In this document: positions 1 through 6,337 of the stretch, in pieces | Layout of the letters: every line of letters starts with the position of its first letter | Position numbering within the stretch: position 1 is the stretch's first letter | DNA from: Octopus vulgaris | Lineage: Eukaryota | Direction of reading: 5' to 3' | Assembly (NCBI GenBank): GCA_951406725.2 | Contig: CATOCA020000092.1 | Span: forward strand, 1 to 6,337 | DNA: 6,337 nucleotides | Translations under genes and position numbers: made by a program | Notes under the pieces: generated by a model | What the model was told of the DNA's origin: nothing | Database searches by the model: none | What the model saw: the letters and a program-made list of their open reading frames with translations, nothing else

Positions 1-136
1 TACATACATACATACATACATACATACATACATACATACATACATACATACATACATACATACATACATACATACATACATACATACATACATACATACA
101 TACATACATACATACATACATACATACATACATACA

Positions 137-167
<31 letters not shown>

Positions 168-196
168 GCATACATACATACATACATACATACATA
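1..196. repeat. (CATA)n/(TATG)n microsatellite, left arm, truncated by the window edge
   Basis: Perfect TACA units from base 1, with one 2-bp interruption (tg at 167-168). Last CATA unit is 193-196. Confidence 0.98.
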
Positions 197-4081
<3,885 letters not shown>

Positions 4082-4839
4082 CATACATACATACATACAT
4101 ACATACATACATACATACATACATACATACATACATACATACATACATACATACATACATACATACATACATACATACATACATACATACATACATACAT
4201 ACATACATACATACATACATACGTACATACATACATACATACATACATACATACATACATACATACATACATACATACATACATACATACATACATACAT
4301 ACATACATACATACACACACACATACATACATACATACATACATACATACATACATACATACATACATACATACATACATACATACATACATACATACAT
4401 ACATACATACATACATACATACATACATACATACATACATACATACATACATACATACATACATACATACATACATACATACATACATACATACATACAT
4501 ACATACATACATACATACATACATACATACATACATACATACATACATACATACATACATACATACATACATACATACATACATACATACATACATACAT
4601 ACATACATACATACATACATACATACATACATACATACATACATACATACATACATACATACATACATACATACATACACACATCATACATACATACATA
4701 CATACATACATACACACACATACATACATACATACATACACATACATACATACATACATACACACATACATACATACATACATACATACGCATATTCATA
4801 CATACATACATACACACATACATACATACATACATACAT
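4082..4839. repeat. (CATA)n microsatellite, right arm, degenerating towards its 3' end
   Basis: Near-perfect CATA to about 4677 (CGTA at 4222-4225, CACA x2 at 4314-4321), then increasing CACA variants and indels to 4839. Confidence 0.97.
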
Positions 4840-5080
4840 CGCATATTATTCTACTCACATTCTATCGATATATTCTTTTATTCTTTTACTTGTTTCAATC
4901 ATTTGACTGCGGCCATGCTGGAGCACCGCCACTAATCGAACAAATCGACCCCAGGACTTATGTTTGTAAGCTTAGTACTTATTCTATTGGTCTCTTTTGC
5001 CGAACCGCTACGTTACGGGGACGTAAACAAACTAACATGGGTTGTCAAGCGACGGTGGAAGACAAACACAGACACACAAA

Positions 5081-5135
5081 TATACGTGCACACGCACGCA
5101 GACATACACACACGTGCGCACATACATACATACAT

Positions 5136-5190
<55 letters not shown>
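5081..5190. repeat. Compound CA/CACG/CATA microsatellite ending in (TA)21
   Basis: Mixed alternating pyrimidine-purine units at 5081-5148, pure TA at 5149-5190. Confidence 0.95.
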
Positions 5191-5193
<3 letters not shown>

Positions 5194-5246
5194 TATAAGT
5201 GGTTACGGTATTCGGCTCACGGTTGTAAGGCCGTCAGTTCGATTCC
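5191..5246 (+). promoter_or_regulatory. RNA polymerase III type 2 internal promoter (A box and B box) of the inner SINE
   Basis: TGGTATAAGTGG approximates the consensus TRGCNNARYGG; GTTCGATTCC matches GTTCRANNCC. Confidence 0.7.
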
Positions 5247-5506
5247 CGGCAACGCGTTGTGTCCTTGAGCAGACACTTTATTTCACGTCGCTCCAGTCCA
5301 CTCAGCTGGCAAAAATGAGTTGTACCTGCATTTCAAAGGGGCTAGACTTGTGTCACATTCTGTGTCACGCTGAATCTCCCTGAGAACTACGTTAAGGGTA
5401 CACATGTCTGTGGAATACTCTGCCACTTGCACGTTAATTTCACGAGCAAGCTGTTCCGTAGATCGTATCAGCTGGAACCTTTGTCGTCATAACTGATGGA
5501 GTGCTC

Positions 5507-5509
<3 letters not shown>
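5191..5509 (+). mobile_element. tRNA-derived CORE-like SINE (inner element), about 320 bp
   Basis: A-box-like TGGTATAAGTGG (5191-5202) and B-box AGTTCGATTCC (5236-5246) at tRNA-like spacing. They are followed by TGTGTCCTTGAGCAGACACTT...CTCCAGTCCACTCAGCTGGCAAAAATGAGT (5258-5320), which resembles the CORE domain of MIR-type SINEs. (TA)n flanks both sides. Confidence 0.85.

Positions 5510-5543
<34 letters not shown>
5510..5543. repeat. (TA)17 microsatellite
   Basis: Direct reading. Confidence 0.97.
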
Positions 5544-5544
<1 letters not shown>

Positions 5545-5889
5545 GACGGGCCTCTTTCAGTTTCCGTCTACCAAATCCACTCACAAGACTTGGTGGTCTC
5601 GAGGCTATAGATGAAGTCACTTACCCAAGGTGCCACGCAGTGGTTGGAAAGCAAGCTTCTTACCACGCCTGCTTTTCTCTCTACAAAACAGAATGTTACA
5701 TCGCGGAACAGTCATTTTAACGAGTTGTATTTATTTATCACTCGACGAGATACATCTGCACCACCGGATGCTCCTGAATCAGTTGTTAAGTGTCCCACCC
5801 ATGAGGAATCGATGCTAGATATGTAGAAACAATTGTCGTGATTAATAATAAATTGTCCTATATTCCATTTTCCGTCTTTCAATTGCCAA

Positions 5890-5913
5890 TAGCAGCCAAA
5901 ATAGCAGCCAAAA
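5890..5913. repeat. 12-bp tandem duplication (TAGCAGCCAAAA)2
   Basis: Exact copies at 5890-5901 and 5902-5913. Confidence 0.9.
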
Positions 5914-6001
5914 CTTGACTCTGAAACCACATTAAATGTTCATACAGCACCAGGAGAGAAGACAAAAAGACAAAATAAACTAGCAAAAGAATAACTGGAT
6001 A

Positions 6002-6060
6002 ATTCCAGATCCCGGATTTCTGGATCTGCATAAGAAATGCTTTGCCTTCATCAGTGGAAT
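6002..6060 (-). ncRNA. Candidate minimal type I hammerhead ribozyme (Penelope-like element/retrozyme type)
   Basis: Minus strand reads AUUCCA-CUGAUGA-AGGCAAAGCAUUUCUUAUGCAGAUCCA-GAAA-UCCGGGA-UC-UGGAAU. It has a perfect 6-bp stem I, an exact CUGANGA core (6054-6048), GAAA (6020-6017), a short stem III and an AUC cleavage triplet (6010-6008). Stem II is imperfect (A.A at its base). Confidence 0.7.
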
Positions 6061-6083
6061 ATACGCAGATAGCACATAAATAC

Positions 6084-6085
<2 letters not shown>

Positions 6086-6123
<38 letters not shown>
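6086..6123. repeat. (AT)19 microsatellite
   Basis: Direct reading. Confidence 0.97.
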
Positions 6124-6127
<4 letters not shown>

Positions 6128-6141
6128 CAATATAGGGTAGC

Positions 6142-6171
6142 AAAAATTCAAGAAAAAATTCAAGAAAAATT
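6142..6171. repeat. Short tandem duplication of AAAAATTCAAGA (two copies plus a partial third)
   Basis: AAAAATTCAAG at 6142-6152 and 6154-6164, AAAAATT at 6165-6171. Confidence 0.8.
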
Positions 6172-6337
6172 TTGCAACCAGCGGTCAAGTGAGAAAATAG
6201 AAATAGCCACAGACTATATAATATATTCAACAAAATATTAAGGAAAGACCCTTACAGGTCGTTCGACTCACTTAAAAAGAGCAGCCAAAACTCAAACCGC
6301 AAAAATAGTAGTAATTCTGAAAGCTCAAGGAGAAATA

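Larger units (their letters stand above)
4871..5672 (-). mobile_element. tRNA-derived SINE (outer element) with an internal microsatellite, interrupted by a second SINE; resembles an abundant octopus SINE family
   Basis: On the minus strand: head remnant GCAGGCGTGGTAAGAAGCTTGC from 5672, CORE-like CCTTGGGTAAGTGACTT (5630-5614), body GTGAGTGGATTTGGTAGACGGAAACTGAAAGAGGCCCGTCG ending at 5544, then a TA/TG microsatellite. The 3' body is 5080-4890 (...GGCGGTGCTCCAGCATGGCCGCAGTCAAATGATTGAAAC) and the short-repeat tail is AGTAAAAGAATAAAAGAATA ending at 4871. Joining the two halves and the family assignment rest on my recollection of the consensus, not on a search. No clear target-site duplication. 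Confidence 0.8.

Noticed and set aside
5191-5260. Possible tRNA gene
   Set aside because: A and B boxes are present, but there is no complete cloverleaf or acceptor stem, and the sequence continues into a CORE-like SINE body.
5467-5500. CTGATGG and an ATCAG/CTGAT inverted repeat near the inner SINE 3' end as a ribozyme core
   Set aside because: The core is mismatched (CUGAUGG) and no downstream GAAA or stems follow. The 5-bp hairpin is within chance expectation.
5721-5744. CGAGT/ACTCG inverted repeat
   Set aside because: Only 5 bp with a long AT-rich loop and no supporting context.
4960-6233. Short ORFs of 60-113 aa on both strands
   Set aside because: They run through SINE sequence and (TA)n tracts (poly-YI) or lack recognisable motifs, consistent with chance ORFs.
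6247-6337. Possible second minus-strand hammerhead (GAAC-GACCU-GUA-AGGGUC)
   Set aside because: It has only GAA instead of GAAA, and there is no CUGANGA core or convincing stem I partner within the window. At most a decayed remnant.

Overview
Non-coding, repeat-dominated eukaryotic DNA; no credible protein-coding gene. Bases 1-4839 are one compound tetranucleotide microsatellite: (CATA)n, then about 3.76 kb of (CGTG)n, a (CGTA)-rich transition zone, and (CATA)n again. The units stay in register across the junctions and differ almost only by A/G swaps. Bases 4871-5672 hold a minus-strand tRNA-derived SINE with a damaged promoter. It is split by a second, plus-strand tRNA-derived CORE-like SINE (5191-5509) sitting in its internal (TA)n tract. 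From memory, both resemble abundant octopus/cephalopod SINE families, but no search was run. The most notable small feature is a candidate minimal type I hammerhead ribozyme on the minus strand at 6002-6060, of the kind associated with Penelope-like elements and retrozymes. The long ORFs in the track are artefacts of stop-free repeats.
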